This document shows, one piece after another, positions 38,406 to 50,786 of a stretch of 64,000 bases of DNA. How positions within the stretch are numbered: position 1 is the stretch's first letter; each line of letters opens with the position of its first letter. A program made the position numbers and the translations under genes. Source of the stretch: Batkoa obscura (taxonomy: Eukaryota); the NCBI GenBank assembly GCA_030770535.1, contig JASVEC010000018.1, forward strand, positions 186,001 to 250,000, in the 5' to 3' direction. The notes beneath the pieces are model-generated. The model saw only the letters and a list, made by a program, of their open reading frames with translations. It searched no databases and was not told where the DNA came from.

Positions 38406-39561
38406 ATAAAGTTTGATCAACTACCAAGTGATTTACTATACAAGGTATTTAAGCAAGTCAATTTAAGAGAGTTTTTGAATCTACATTTATCAGGCAAAGT
38501 CTTATTGAATATTACAAACAAGGGTATAGAATATAAAATAATACATTCAAAATACATTACAGAAGACTTTGAAGAAAATAAAAGAAATGTATACAAAACT
38601 TTAAAGTGTGAGAACCTTATCAAATATCAACAAAAATTTATTTTAAAAAACAGAGCCGTAATCAAGCATTTGAAAGTAAGTAATGATAATATTGAATATA
38701 TAAATCACTGCACAAATCTAATATCTATAATCTACAATGACACTAAGTATACTCATATTTCTGACGATAGAATTAAAGTTCCAATACCAAAGTTAGAAAG
38801 GTTATTTATACATCTCTATTGTAATATCTGTTCATCCCTATTAAATTTATTTAAAAAATCTTTGGATCAAGTTAATATTGTAGATTTTATCTTTAAATCT
38901 GAGAGTATAAAGGACATCATGGAATGTTTGAATCTAAATAAAGTTAGACATCTTAAGATATTATATCGAGATAGATTATATTCTGGTAGAATAAATAGAA
39001 TCAAAGTGGGATTTATCGACTCAAAAGAATTATTTATAGAATTGTTCATTATATGAATTATACTGGATTCGGTCCGAACACAAACTTTACTTGTTTAGAA
39101 TTAGAAATAAAAGGTATTCTTCGGAACAAATTTAATATTAATGACTTTAGTGACCTTAATAAATTGAGAAGTATAAAGCTTCTTGATCTTTTAATCTCTT
39201 TTTTAAAGTTAAAAAATAAGGATAGCTTGATTTTACCTAAAAAACCAACCTTGTTACTCTAGAAAGCCTTAATGCATCGGAATAAATGAACTATGGTTTA
39301 TTGAATTTCTAACATTAAGAGAAGCATACGTTGGAGAAGTATCAAAAAGGTTTTTGCAAACAGTCTTCTTGATGTCAAACATTCAAAAAATTCATGTCTT
39401 AAAGCAATTATGATTGAAAATTCTATATTAGAAAACATTGAGTCCAAAATTAACTATGAGCTTACTACTTCTTTACTTATTAAATTAGATGCAATTGTGA
39501 TTAATTGGAGGCCTTATAATAGGCTTATAGAAATCCCATTATTGACTTGGCTAAGCTTATG
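38406..39561 (+). pseudogene. F-box family pseudogene
   Basis: Start mutated to ATA (IKFDQLPSDLLY), frameshift near 39053, internal deletion, ends EIPLLTWLSL*. Confidence 0.85.
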
Positions 39562-40793
39562 AATAAGTTAGCATCGAACTAATTATCCTTTTTGTTATAT
39601 CTGCTTTAATAAGTATTTATCTCCCATATCACGTTTTTTTATTACAATATATTTTAATAAATTTAAATCTATTTGAGCTTTTTCTTATACAATAATTTTT
39701 ACTATATAATAGGTTTAGTGGTCAAATGCATTACCTCTGAGGTAACATAAAAAATTAGTTTTTATTTATGTTATGTTGTTGATTATTTACATTTGAGTAT
39801 TATTAATTCAGTTTTTATGAATTATAATACTGTTGATTATAAATAAATAGCTAACATAAAATTTGAATCTCATAAAAATTCTAACCTTATATTGCACTAA
39901 TTTTTATGTAATATTAATAACGTTTATTTAACTATTCTTTATTAATTAAAATAAATAAATTTTTATATCAATAAAACAAATGATAGCAAGACTCTTCACT
40001 ATATTTAAACTATAAAATAAGAGCATTAATATATTAAAATATACTTTGTAATTTAAGTCAAAAGAAATCACCATTCCATAGCACACAAATAATGTAAAAC
40101 AAAGAATAAGTTTTAATTTACTATATTTGGTAAGTTTATTTTTATATTTTTTATCAAATCAAATCAAAGTTAACTAGTCATAACTCTATTACTTTTCTAT
40201 CAACATCTACACCCGTTTGGACCATTCGATCGTCCTCAATTCTACTTTTAGCTTTCTAGGTCACATACAAAAATCATCTATTTATCCTTTAGTCACCTAG
40301 TTATATATAGAAATCGGAGATTATTTACATTTAGTTTTTGAACCTGTATATTAAATAGTAATAAATTTATGATATTAAAGTAAGGTGAGTAGCTAAAGAA
40401 ATTATGAAAACTATCATTTTAAGGAAAAAAATAGCTTGAACAAAAACACTATATTAAAAGATGAAATTAAATGAATGTTCTTAATCCTAACCTCAACTCT
40501 AATCAATATACTTAAATAAATCGCAGGATAGTACTCTAAATATTCTTTTAAAATTCCAATCAATTTTTATTTTATAGCATAAAATAATCCTTTATCAAAA
40601 TTTTGTTTGGACTTTTACTTATTTCATTTTAATACTGTATCACTCCTTTTATAATTTAAATTAGGGGATTGAGTTGTAAAAAAGGGTCTTTTAATAAATT
40701 TTCAAGGGTGGTAACTTCAATGAAAAGTATGTATTTACATGTGTGTCTCTTATTGATAGAATGATAAAATACAAGAATAAAAATATAGGATAT

Positions 40794-41051
40794 GGGAGTG
40801 TTTTTTTTGACTTCATTATTTTTTCCATTTTTAAGCGCTATTTAAGCGGAAAAATTGTTAGTAAAATTGTTAGACACAAAATACATTCCCATATGCTATA
40901 CATGTAAGTTTAATACTTTCAATGGAGAAGATAAGTGTAACAACGATCACACATGGGGATGTATTTTTTTGTTTAAGGATTTTGCAACAACTTTTCCACT
41001 CAAATAGCGCTTAAAAGATAGAAAAAGTGATGAAGCCAAAAAAACACCCCC
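40794..41051. mobile_element. Pair of oppositely oriented MITE-M copies (40794-40890 and 40955-41051)
   Basis: Both have GGG...CCC termini and ATAT/ACAT flanks. Confidence 0.88.
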
Positions 41052-41172
41052 ATATGTTATTGATCGATAGTGCTTGTACTTTTTTAACTTATCTAAAGGT
41101 ATAAAAAAACAATGCGATACTTGTTTAAATGATTAGAAATTGTTTTCTTATTTTTTTGTATTTTTTATAAGA

Positions 41173-42087
41173 ACGAAGATTTGTCAATTGCCAAGTGATC
41201 TATTATTTGAGATATTCAATGTATATTGAAGATAACCTTGATGATGATACAGGGATTGTAGATAAAAGATCAACCTAAGTAAGGTTTATTAAGTACCAAA
41301 AAGAATTTATATTGAAAAATAGAGAAATGTTGCAACATTTAACTGTAGATACTTATATCATTGATTGTATAAAATACTGTCCAAATTTAAAAGCTATTAC
41401 TTTTCGTAGCTTTATGTGTTGGTGTATTCATAAAGACGAAATTCAAACCTATTTGCCAAAATTGAAAAGGTTATTTATATGCACTAATCAAGTTAGTTCG
41501 ACTTCAATATTAAATTTATTCAAAAAGTATACAGGTCAAATCGAGCTTTTGGCTATTAATTGCAAATCTGGTGTCATAAAGGAATTGATCAAAGATTTGG
41601 GCTCAAATAAAGTAAAGTCTCTTAAGAGGTTTTACTAGACTAGATTAGATTTAGATAAACTAGATAAAGTTAAAGAAGGGTTTATTAAATAATACTATTA
41701 TATGTAAAATTAGGGCTTTATATTCATGCAAATGGCAAGTTTGATTCAAATATAAACTTTACTTGTTTAAAACTAGAAGTTAAAGGTATATTTGAAAACT
41801 AGTTCAATATAAATGACTTGGGTGGCCTCATTAAACTGGAAAACATAAAGTTATAGATGAGTCTCTTAATTTTTTAAAGTTAGGTAGTAAAGATATTTTA
41901 AGTATTTTAAAAAGTGTGAAGTATGTTAATTGAATCGCAATTGAATATACTTAAGGACAAAAATTTTGATGTAAATTGTAAGCTTATTATCTCTTTATTA
42001 CTTATTATGCCTAGTATATCTAATATTAATAACAAATTTTATGACAAACTTAAAAGCACCCCGCTATTAGCTTGGTTGAGCTCATAA
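41173..42087 (+). pseudogene. F-box family pseudogene with internal deletions
   Basis: QLPSDLLFEIF, IKYCPNLKAI, LPKLKRLFI, ends STPLLAWLSS*. Confidence 0.8.
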
Positions 42088-42177
42088 ATAAGCTAATGCT
42101 TTATTCATAATAGTTTTATATTATATTTTCTATCAATGAATTTCTATTTTTTCATTTTTTTTCGGTCATTTATATAT

Positions 42178-42275
42178 GGGGATGTATTTTTATGTTTAAG
42201 AATTTTACTAACAAATTTTCCATTCAAATAGTGTTTAAAAGATAGAAAAAGTAATGAAGCCAAAAAAACAGCCCC
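42178..42275. mobile_element. MITE family M, TSD ATAT
   Basis: GGGGATGT...ACAGCCCC. Confidence 0.9.
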
Positions 42276-44161
42276 ATATTTTAAATTTTAATTTTGAAAT
42301 ATTTCTTCTTTTATAATAACTCTCTACATCCAACAATCATTAAACAGCCAAACCATTATACAAATCAATGTAAAATTGAATTATGCTACGCTATTCCCCT
42401 TCACCTTCTAAAAAGTCAATACTGTTTTTTTCTAGAAAAGACTAATACTATTGTGTAACAGTCATATTAATAAAATAGCTATTTACCTAAATACCCTTCT
42501 CAAAATATTTAGTTTTTATATTAGTTTTCTAGGGCAACTTACAACTAGATGTTATCTATATATTTTAATTTGGAGGCTTTTTTTAAATATGAATCTAAGG
42601 GCTATATTCTCTTTTGTATCTTTAGTTTTATATCAAACATATTCAACTTTAAATTAAAAACAAAGACACCTAACTACAAGCTCTTCTAGGACAAAATTAT
42701 TCTCAAAATGAAGTGCTATTTTAAATAAAAAATTCAATTTTTTAAACAATAAACTTGTCATATAATAAGTTAATTGCAACATTAAAAAAGCTCTTAAAAA
42801 TACTATATATATCCTTCATTTAGTTTTCTTATTATTATACAAATATATTAATATTAAAATCATTAATGAGAACCATATAATGCTTATGCTAAGTATAGGT
42901 TGTAGTAATTTAAATTGTTTATGATTTCAAGTAAAAACAAACTATTCTAACTTATATTAATCAATATAAAATAGTAATATGATAATTAATAAATTGAATT
43001 AATCAATTTATCCGCTAAGTGGACTTCAAGTATGATAAAATTCCCATTCCACATTTTCTTAACCCTTAACTTTCCATTTATTATTTCTATTAAAATAGTT
43101 TAGCATACACAACTTTATATTTATCCTTTTTAAAATGACAGAAGGTGGAAATTTCAATCAAAAAAGTGCACCAATGAAACTAAAATTTGTTATTTAAAAC
43201 TCGAATTTGCTAACAATTGAATAATGTTGGAAATGGTGATTTTAATGAGCTTATAGTGTTGAGATCATTTGACTTAAAATTAAAAACCTTTTGCAATTCT
43301 GCTTTAGTTTTGTCTCATTTTTATATTAGTAATTTTAAAATATTTAAACCACTCATGATAAATAGATAAAATTGCGTCTTTATTATCACTACTATAATAC
43401 TACAAGGCTATAGCATATTAGTATCGATTCATAACAATAAAAAACAAAATCTATTACATTAATTTATTTCAACTCATCATCATTATAAAGCAATTGATGC
43501 GTATTTCTAATACGAAAATCAATCTATATTATCTAATTTAAGGACATTTGTTAATTATTAGGAAACTAACGAATACCTATAGAATAAATAAATGTAACAA
43601 TTTAATTGGCCTCTAAAATTAGAAGCTTGTTTAATTGGTTTTTTTAAGTAGTCGTAATTTTTAAGTAAGAAAGTTGTGTGATGAAACTGAACTAATTAAA
43701 GGAGAATTAAGAAGATGATCGGAGTTTCATTTGATATATTTTTAAAGTTTTGATGTATTTTTAGAAAAATTTTCTAAGGTAACGAATGAAATAAAAATGA
43801 ATCAACCTAAGCTAAGAATAATTTTTGATTAAAGTGGCTTAAAATTGTAGTTGGAAACTAAAATCAAAATTAGGCTAATTCAACATCTTTACTTTTTATT
43901 CTTTTTATTTGAAATTTTTATTAAAGCTAGTTAATATTTATTTATTTTATAAGATATCAATAGCTATCCTTAGTCCAATCCAACTTTTACATTCTATTGT
44001 TCAATTTATATTATATTGAAGAACCGTAAAGTAACGCTCTTAACTTATTACTCAGTATTTAAGGCTATATAAATAGGCTAAAGTTTTCCAGTTTTTTTCG
44101 ATCATCACTATTTATCTGATAATTATCACTTACATCTTATTTTACTATAACTCAATTTAAT

Positions 44162-44986
44162 ATGGCAAAATCGATTGTGTCTTTTAACCCAACAAGCATG
44201 AACTATCATGATCACCCCTTAACACAAAGCACAGCCAACGCTACCACTTACTCGAATGAAAACATGGTGGTTAAAGAAATGGTGAAATTTGCCCATTTTT
44301 CAGTACGACCAACTCGAAGTCCATCATTAAATTCATATTTACTTAATACCAATTTATACAATACACCTAGAATTGAACCACAAAAAAGATTTATTGTTTA
44401 TCTGGAACCTAATAAACAGTCCAAATTATATCAGTCTATCTTAAAGTTTTACCGTCTTAGCCATTTACACTTTGGTGCTAATGAAGCTCATCTTTATCAT
44501 CCTCATTGCTCAATGACTGGCTTTATTTCGATCGATACGATTCAATCTTATAATTTGATCAATTCAATAGTAGCAACACTCAAAAGTTATAAGGAATCAG
44601 CTTATTCTGCTATAGTACCTAATGTTAATGGAATTGAACTGTTACCAACTAAAAGAAAAGTTAATTTATCAATTGAAGCGCCGTTTAATTTGCATAACTT
44701 GGTAGAGAATATAGTCAATAACTGCAGCACAATCACCAAGGTACGAGCTAAGCCTTTGCATCATATTTCTTTGGCTTATCTTAATAAGCATGTGATTACA
44801 AATCAAAAGCTAGATGATGCAGAACTTAAGGCATTAGATACACTTGCTAAAGCAACGGTTAATTTGAGCGAAGTTAATGATAATAGCTTAAAATGGGATA
44901 TCGCATTTTATGAACAAACTTATCAATCCAAGCATTTGTATGAGTCTCATCAGTTTAAAGAGTTGTACCGCTTCTCTTTGACTTAA
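44162..44986 (+). CDS. Stand-alone 2H phosphoesterase-like protein (UBASH3/Sts PDE-type)
   Basis: Two Hx(S/T) motifs about 85 aa apart (PHCSMTGF, HHISLAY) preceded by FIVYLEP...GANEAHLYHP; intronless; TATATAAA at ~44066. Confidence 0.65.
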   Translation: MAKSIVSFNPTSMNYHDHPLTQSTANATTYSNENMVVKEMVKFAHFSVRPTRSPSLNSYLLNTNLYNTPRIEPQKRFIVYLEPNKQSKLYQSILKFYRLSHLHFGANEAHLYHPHCSMTGFISIDTIQSYNLINSIVATLKSYKESAYSAIVPNVNGIELLPTKRKVNLSIEAPFNLHNLVENIVNNCSTITKVRAKPLHHISLAYLNKHVITNQKLDDAELKALDTLAKATVNLSEVNDNSLKWDIAFYEQTYQSKHLYESHQFKELYRFSLT

Positions 44987-46506
44987 TTAAGAATAATGTT
45001 TTTTCTTTAGAAATCTGTTTGGTTGTTTTTTGTAGGGTCCATTATACAATGGACTACTTTTAGTGTTTTTATATTTATTTTTTAATAAATTTGATTGTTT
45101 TTTTGATATTTAGCACTTTTATTTTAAAGATTTTTTGTGGGCTTTTTGGGAACACTCCTATTCTGGATTTTTCTTTGATTCACTATTTCTATTTATACAC
45201 ACCAACAACTGCTCAATTGGATCATCACGCTTTTTTGGCTAAGTTTATAATTAAACCGATAGCTTTGAACAAGCTGAGGGTTGTTTTAAGTGGTTTTTAA
45301 TAGTAACATCAATTATTTTTATTAATTATAAAACATCTATTTAACAATATTAATATATATAATTATACTATCATTTAAAAATACAATAAAATATAGAGTT
45401 TCTTCTTGATACTCTTTAACACCTGTTTTTATCCCCACTCTAATAGTTAAATATAAAAGCCTTGATTTTTGTCTTGGCAGCTTTATAACAGAAATTGTCT
45501 GTTGCAATGAGATTTTTCTTTATAAGTAATTCACTAATATATTTTAGGCAATTATTTCTTCAATTAGATTTTTTACTTTATTCATAAAATCAGTTACCAA
45601 CTTGCTAGTTTTATTAAAGCTTGCTTGTACTTTACTATTCATTATATGCTTTTTTCTGTTATACTTGATATATGCCTTTTTTCTCGCGCTTTACAAATAA
45701 GTTTATAGATTTTATTTTTAAAATTTAAGTTCCGTTTAATATTATTTTTATAGAATTAAATTTACTAATTTAGTAATTTAATTAAATTAAATCTTTTTTT
45801 AGATTATTCGTTAAGGTGGTATGGGTTATTAAAAGATATAAAATATCAAAGACTCGAGTTGAGAGAAGAAAGGATTTAGATCAGATGTAAGATATTCGAA
45901 AGAAGCTTTAATGGAACATCTAAGACTAACAAAGATTTCCTATTAAATATAAATCCCCCTTCTGAAAGTTTGATTATTTTGTCTAGCAATAAGAAGAGTT
46001 ATTTATAGGGTGGTTTTTTCTACTATAATAATACATTTAAGAAGATATGTGTACTCCTGCTTTATATGACTAAATCGAGCTTTTGTGCTTATTAAGGTAC
46101 TCATAGTAATATAAATAATTCAATGTATAAGTTACTTCACTAAAATTATTAGAGCTTACTTTATTTTAAACAAATGTAAGAGTTGTTTTTGATGTAAGTA
46201 TTTTTAGTTATTGTGTAATTTTCTAATTTATATTGTTTCATAAATTTGATATCTTTTATTAACTTTGTAGCTTTCTAGTAGCTACTTTGTACTTATTTTA
46301 TAATAATCTGTATTATACAAAACCCTTAAATTTTTAATAGATTTTTTTCAAAAAAGCTCATAATAACTCTTTTAGACTTTACTTTATGAAATGTAATAAA
46401 ACATCAAACAGGAATTCGAATAGAAAACAAGTTATCAATGTAATAATCCATTCATATTTTCATTAATAAAACATAAAACTTTATTATTTTAATAAGTTTA
46501 AAATCT

Positions 46507-47157
46507 TCATTGACCACCAAATTGAGCTTGCCCAAATTGAGCTTGACCTCCACCGAATTGATCTTGACCACCAAACTGAGCTTGACCAAATTGATCTTGA
46601 CCACCAAACTGAGCTTGACCTCCACCGAACTGATCTTGGCCTCCGCCAAATTGAGCTTGACCTCCACCAAATTGGCCTTGGCCTCCACCAAATTGAGCTT
46701 GACCTCCACCAAATTGGCCTTGGCCTCCACCAAATTGACCTTGGCCTCCACCAAGTTGACCTTGTCCAAAACCGGGTAGTCCGCCTCCAGCACCTCCACC
46801 AAATACAGTACTATCATCGATCACATCATCATAATATTCATTATCAGGGGGAAGTATTCTGCGGTTTTGGATACGACTAAAATCAATAGTAAAACGACGG
46901 CGTTTGCAATCTGTACCTTTACAGTTTTCATTGAATTTTTCAAGTGGTGGTAAGCCATCAACGCCTGCTGTGACACCTAATGCTCCAACAGGACCACCTG
47001 CTTGTTGGGGGTCAATGCCTTGTGGAAAACCTCCTTGTGGAAAACCTCCTTGTGGAAAGCCTCCTTGCTGAGCAGAAGCGCCAAATTGCGGAGAAGCAGG
47101 GATAGCATTTACAGATAAAGCTAGTAAAAGAGCAGGAATAAACTTATTTAAAGACAT
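46507..47157 (-). CDS. Secreted Gly/Gln/Phe-rich repeat protein
   Basis: Signal peptide MSLNKFIPALLLALSVNA; (QGGFP)3; central CKGTDCKRRR; C-terminal GGGQ(G/A/D)QF repeats. Confidence 0.85.
   Translation of the reverse strand: MSLNKFIPALLLALSVNAIPASPQFGASAQQGGFPQGGFPQGGFPQGIDPQQAGGPVGALGVTAGVDGLPPLEKFNENCKGTDCKRRRFTIDFSRIQNRRILPPDNEYYDDVIDDSTVFGGGAGGGLPGFGQGQLGGGQGQFGGGQGQFGGGQAQFGGGQGQFGGGQAQFGGGQDQFGGGQAQFGGQDQFGQAQFGGQDQFGGGQAQFGQAQFGGQ
46510..46770 (-). repeat. Coding minisatellite (21-bp and 15/18-bp units)
   Basis: Repeated CCTCCACCAAATTG(A/G)..TTG(A/G) units on the plus strand. Confidence 0.9.
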
Positions 47158-47641
47158 GATTTTATAGTAGTATTATATAGTCCAGGCACCCAGTGCGCGT
47201 TAGTTATAAATAAAATTGAAAAGTGATTTTTCATTTTGAAGAAAAGTTTTTTAGAATAGCTTATTTTTGATCTCCATTCATTCAATTAGCGATCTCTCTT
47301 AATCATCGACAATTTAATTTACTAATTTGACTTTTGAAGCTAAAAATTTTATCCACTAAAAATCAAATTTTAGATTTAAATGTTTAAAGTAAAATCGTGT
47401 AAAAATAATAAATAGTCTATAGTTTAAATTTTGAGTTATTCAAAAAAAAATACTAGCACTAATAGTTTTAAAATTCTAACAAGCTTTATAAAATCTACCT
47501 ATGATAATAGACTTGTATTGAATACTTTGAATGTCTGTCAACTTCTATTAAGCTCTAATAAAGATACAGTAATAGACTTATAAGTATTCTAAAAAAGCCG
47601 CTTAAGGCTACTTATGTATATTAAATTAATAGTTTATTTGT

Positions 47642-49147
47642 TTAATTTTTAAAAGAACTTTCAACATCCTTAATTTGCTCTGCTTTAGAATCTGCATTCA
47701 TATCTTCAAGGGAACGATTTTTACCTTCAACTCCCCAAATTGCCCATGCTAAACACATTAATAATCCACATCCAAAGAAGGCAAAAATGATACCACATGC
47801 AGCTACAATATTTTTCGCATTATCATCGGGTCCTTTTGAGCCCAAATAAGTATATACAGCTACTAAGATGGTAGGAGAAACAGATGCACAAATTCTGCCA
47901 AACGCTACTGCAAACCCTATACCAGTAGCACGTACATGCGTTGGGAAAGCTTCAGTAAAAGCTGGGTAAACAGTAACCCAAAGAGCGGTATAAGCAAATT
48001 GATAGAAACAGTGAGCGCCGGTCAAGGAAGAGGCAGGGTTAGAGGAGTAGTAAGCAGGAATGAAACAAGCAACAGCGATGATACCTAAAATATAAAGACA
48101 GGGTAATAGTATTTTTCTACCAATACGATCAATTAAGAAGACTGGCAAAAGGAACCCAGGTACGGTAAGGAATACACCATATAAATAGAATAAAGCTACA
48201 TTGGCATCTTTAATACCAGAATCTCCCAATACGCCAAGAGACAATAAATTGCTTACACCATAATCAGCAAATGCTTGAGAGCTATTTAATACCATACCGA
48301 AAGCAAGACGGAACGGGTATTTGGTGACCAATTCTTTGACTACTCTAAAATAAGAGTATTTTTGATGAGTAGCAAACTGACTAGTATCATTAGCAGGATC
48401 ATAATTAATACTAAGCTTGTTGTCTAGTTGTTTTGCTGAAATTTCAATTTCTTCAACGATCTGTCTAGCCTCATCAAATCTTCCTTGTATTATAAGCCAT
48501 CTTGGTGATTCTGGTAGCGATTTACGTGCAAATAAAACAAAGATGGCTGCAGTACCACCCAATGCAAATCCAATTCTCCAAGCTAAGTTGTTATCCAAGT
48601 ATTTTAACAATGGGTATTGTAATCCATAAGCAATCAAAGCACCCAATGACCAGAATCCCATGACCATAGTATTTACTTTACCACGATGCTTGGATGGAAT
48701 GAACTCTGAGATAGTAGCGTTAACAGCAGTATACTCAGCACCTACGCCAACCGCAGTCAAGAAACGAAAGACTAAAAAGAAAGGGAAATGGAAAGAACAA
48801 GCAGTAACAATGGTCATAAGCGAATAACCTAAAATAGTAACAACAAAAGCTAATTTACGACCAAAACGATCAGCAAAATAACCAAAACTCAAAGCTCCCA
48901 CCAAGGACCCCATCAACCAAACAATAGTAATTGAAGTGGCCTGTACTTTACTGATCCCAAAATAGAGCTTTAAGGTACTGAGTACAGCAGATACAATGGT
49001 TACTTCAAAAGCATCAAAAGCCCAACCCAAGGCTAAAATAATCGTGATTTTTGTATGCCATCTACTCCAGTTTAAATTATCTAATCTTTTGAGCAATTCT
49101 TTTGGACTTACATTCCCCTTAACATCTATTTGTTTATTGTCTATCAT
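47642..49147 (-). CDS. MFS transporter (sugar / aromatic acid / SV2-like), intronless
   Basis: GWAFDAFE, GYFADRFGRK, FRFLTAVGVGAEY, ISEFIPSKHRG, LPESPRWL, LIDRIGRK, EAFPTHVRATGIG, VEGKNRSLE; ATG at 49147 preferred over the upstream TTG. Confidence 0.93.
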   Translation of the reverse strand: MIDNKQIDVKGNVSPKELLKRLDNLNWSRWHTKITIILALGWAFDAFEVTIVSAVLSTLKLYFGISKVQATSITIVWLMGSLVGALSFGYFADRFGRKLAFVVTILGYSLMTIVTACSFHFPFFLVFRFLTAVGVGAEYTAVNATISEFIPSKHRGKVNTMVMGFWSLGALIAYGLQYPLLKYLDNNLAWRIGFALGGTAAIFVLFARKSLPESPRWLIIQGRFDEARQIVEEIEISAKQLDNKLSINYDPANDTSQFATHQKYSYFRVVKELVTKYPFRLAFGMVLNSSQAFADYGVSNLLSLGVLGDSGIKDANVALFYLYGVFLTVPGFLLPVFLIDRIGRKILLPCLYILGIIAVACFIPAYYSSNPASSLTGAHCFYQFAYTALWVTVYPAFTEAFPTHVRATGIGFAVAFGRICASVSPTILVAVYTYLGSKGPDDNAKNIVAACGIIFAFFGCGLLMCLAWAIWGVEGKNRSLEDMNADSKAEQIKDVESSFKN

Positions 49148-50272
49148 TTTTAAAAGGTAAGGTAAGGTTAATAGGAAAGTCGAGTAGTAATGAGCTTGGC
49201 TCAAAAAAAAGTTAATTAAAATAAATTTTTTAAGGTTTATTAGCTGTTTTTACTTGTTTTTATACTATTTGACATCCCTTTATTATAATATTACATCTCC
49301 CCTTTAAAATGCTTTACATCATTACTATTATCGGTTTGCCTAATAATATCTTTTTTTACAACGCACGTGTGTTTTTTGATTTTTTTCTCATTTTACTGCT
49401 TTTTTGTGTTCTGTTTGTGTATATGATTTTACAACAGATCACAATATAAAAAGAGGATCTGGTATTTTATTAGATAGATATGTTCAATAAAAACATATAC
49501 TTTATATTGAAATAAAGACATTTTTTTGGGTTATATATTATCAGTATCATTTCTTGTTTGATAAGCCATTTGAAGGAAAATGGCATGTTTAATGGTATGA
49601 TATAAATAAATTTATATAATCTTCATTACAAAGATAAGATGAAAGTACAAAAATAAAGATAGATAAAGGAATAAGAGCCATCCAATAAAATATTAAAATA
49701 TACTTTTAAACTTCTATTAAGGAAAGAATGATTACATTGATGTAAAGAACCTAAATTTTATAATAATAGTATGTTTAATTTACTAAAGTTTAATATATAG
49801 ATCTCATAAGCTACTTCTCTGTGAAATAACCAAGTCATGTACTTTATAATTACTATTTTTATAGTTAAGCTTTGAAATAAACCTACTTATTTAGCTTATT
49901 AATGTGTTCAATTAAAAAATATTTTTTGCCATTTATTTTAGCACATTACTATATAACCAATCAGTTTGTGTTATCTCCGATGTTTTGTACTTAAACTAAA
50001 GCTCAATTCTTATTAAGATTTTATTTTAATTTATATTGTAATAAATTTTAGCTTTTATATGCTATAAAACTAAAATAGATGTTTCTATATCGAAATCTTA
50101 TATTCCATGTATATAAAAGGTTCTCTGAATAATAAAGGGTGTCATCAATAACAACTTGACTATTAAAAAAAGACTAAGTAGAAAAATAGTAATTTTTTTA
50201 ATACAAAATAACCTTATACATTTCAAAAATTAATTATCATATCTAATTTTAGAACTCATGTTTTTAGTATAT

Positions 50273-50370
50273 GGGGGTGTTTTTTTGTGTTTAAGAATTT
50301 TACTAACAATCTTTTCACTCGAATAGTGCTTAAAAAATGGAAAAATAATGAAGTCAAAAAAAACATCACC
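50273..50370. mobile_element. MITE family M, TSD ATAT
   Basis: GGGGGTGT...ACATCACC. Confidence 0.9.
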
Positions 50371-50786
50371 ATATGATTTATGTACAAGGATGTTATGAAT
50401 TTACTTTAATACGGGTTTATTCTAATTAGTTACAATTTGCTTCACTTATAAATAACAGTTTTGCTATTCATAAGGGTACTTTATTATATATACTTCAAAA
50501 GATAGCAATAAGATTCCATTGTTTTTAATAACTGTAAAACGTAAGGCATATGATATAAATAAATATTATAACTATGGTGAAGTTTTAAATATATGGACCT
50601 TTTATCCTGAAATACTATTACGAACTTTTAAATGCTATAATATTCTCCTTTAAGCTTTTACTTAAACCTTTATAAGTAGCTATATGCCTTATAGTTGGAC
50701 ATAACTGTAATTCTGACATTTAAACCAAAGTTTAGTCAATCAAATAGAAAATTTGTTAGTTTGTGTTGTAAGGACTACTAAGATAT

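Noticed and set aside
46452..46817. Alternative-frame ORFs 46452-46817 (-) and 46510-46779 (+)
   Set aside because: Shadows of the coding minisatellite in the Gly/Gln-rich gene
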